A stretch of 20,000 nt of DNA from Candidatus Aminicenantales bacterium (lineage in GTDB: Bacteria > Acidobacteriota > Aminicenantia > Aminicenantales > Saccharicenantaceae): the NCBI GenBank assembly GCA_049512315.1, contig JBEKXF010000030.1, positions 52,555 to 72,554 on the forward strand, given 5' to 3'. The position numbers and the translations under genes are program-made. Positions 19,485-20,000 of the stretch are shown here, piece by piece. How positions within the stretch are numbered: the stretch's first letter is position 1; each line of letters starts with the position of its first letter. The notes beneath the pieces were generated by a model, which ran no database searches, had not been told where the DNA came from, and was given only the letters and a program-made list of their open reading frames with translations.

Positions 19485-19530
19485 GATCTCCCTCCTCTTC
19501 GATCGAATGAAGTGCGGTCCCTTATTAATT

Positions 19531-19559
19531 AGTATAGGCTTTCTGGCTGCTTGAGGCAA
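19531..19559 (-). promoter_or_regulatory. Sigma70 promoter of the coiled-coil gene
   Basis: TTGCCT-17 bp-TATACT. Confidence 0.6.
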
Positions 19560-19664
19560 TCCAGGTCGGAGAGCGAAATAGACACGGTGCGTAATTAATT
19601 AGCAGCAGGATATCACTGGCTGTAAGCATCATCGGCCGGCCGGTTACGCTCCGAGACTTCGGCC

Positions 19665-19693
19665 TTGAAAGTCCCGGCCCATTTCTCTATAAT
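19665..19693 (+). promoter_or_regulatory. Sigma70 promoter of tRNA-Asp
   Basis: TTGAAA-17 bp-TATAAT, followed by a GC-rich discriminator. Confidence 0.85.
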
Positions 19694-19707
19694 AGCGGAG
19701 CCCTCGC

Positions 19708-19784
19708 GGGGTCGTAGTTCAGCTGGTTAGAACGCCGGCCTGTCACGCCGGAGGTCGCGAGTTCGAGTCTCGTCGGCCCCGCCA
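19708..19784 (+). tRNA. tRNA-Asp(GTC)
   Basis: 77 nt cloverleaf: acceptor GGGGTCG/CGGCCCC, D-loop TAGTTCAGCTGGTTAGA, anticodon arm CCGGC-CTGTCAC-GCCGG, T-arm GCGAG-TTCGAGT-CTCGT, encoded CCA. Confidence 0.98.
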
Positions 19785-19835
19785 CCTGTTACCCTGGTTT
19801 TCCCCTGATAATCGAGCGTTTTCCTTCTTTCTTCT

Positions 19836-19873
19836 TTTAGGCACCTTTAGTCCGAATTGGGCGAGTTTAGGCA
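19836..19873. repeat. Phased direct repeats TTTAGGCA / TTTAGTCC / TTTAGGCA
   Basis: Copies start at 19836, 19846 and 19866. Confidence 0.5.
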
Positions 19874-19903
19874 AAATCTGTGACATTATCCTATGTCAAT
19901 ATT

Positions 19904-19999
19904 TTAGTTGACAGCCTCCTTTCGGCAATAAGATTCCTTATTCTTGAGCATGTAGTAGATGATCTTGATGAGCTGCCGGGAGAGGGCATTCATGGCTTG
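19904..19999 (-). mobile_element. C-terminal fragment of a probable IS110-family transposase/recombinase (continues beyond the window)
   Basis: Minus-strand translation QAMNALSRQLIKIIYYMLKNKESYCRKEAVN* resembles the IS110 C-terminal helix pattern A..A.ARKL..I.Y.ML.....Y. Only 31 aa are visible. Confidence 0.6.
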
Positions 20000-20000
20000 C

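Overview
GC-rich bacterial chromosomal window, mostly housekeeping genes. Gene order: 5'-truncated J-domain/TPR protein (+), ligA (-), secreted TPR protein (-), murB (+), then a minus-strand run of DUF2520/PanG-like reductase, NYN nuclease, HIT protein, murA, aldehyde:ferredoxin oxidoreductase, MetY/MetZ-like PLP enzyme, homoserine dehydrogenase and a eukaryote-type citrate synthase. After that come a secreted hypothetical protein and a sialate O-acetylesterase (+), lemA-htpX (+), a small coiled-coil protein (-) and tRNA-Asp(GTC). The last ~215 bp are lower in GC and look like the edge of mobile DNA: phased direct repeats behind the tRNA, and what reads as the C-terminal tail and right end of an IS110-family recombinase gene missed by the ORF track. 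Other points of interest are the hom-metY-AOR cluster with an atypical AOR Cys motif, two unannotated small ORFs, a probably leaderless murB and a sigma54-like site upstream of the TPR gene. All family calls are from motif recognition by eye; no searches were run.
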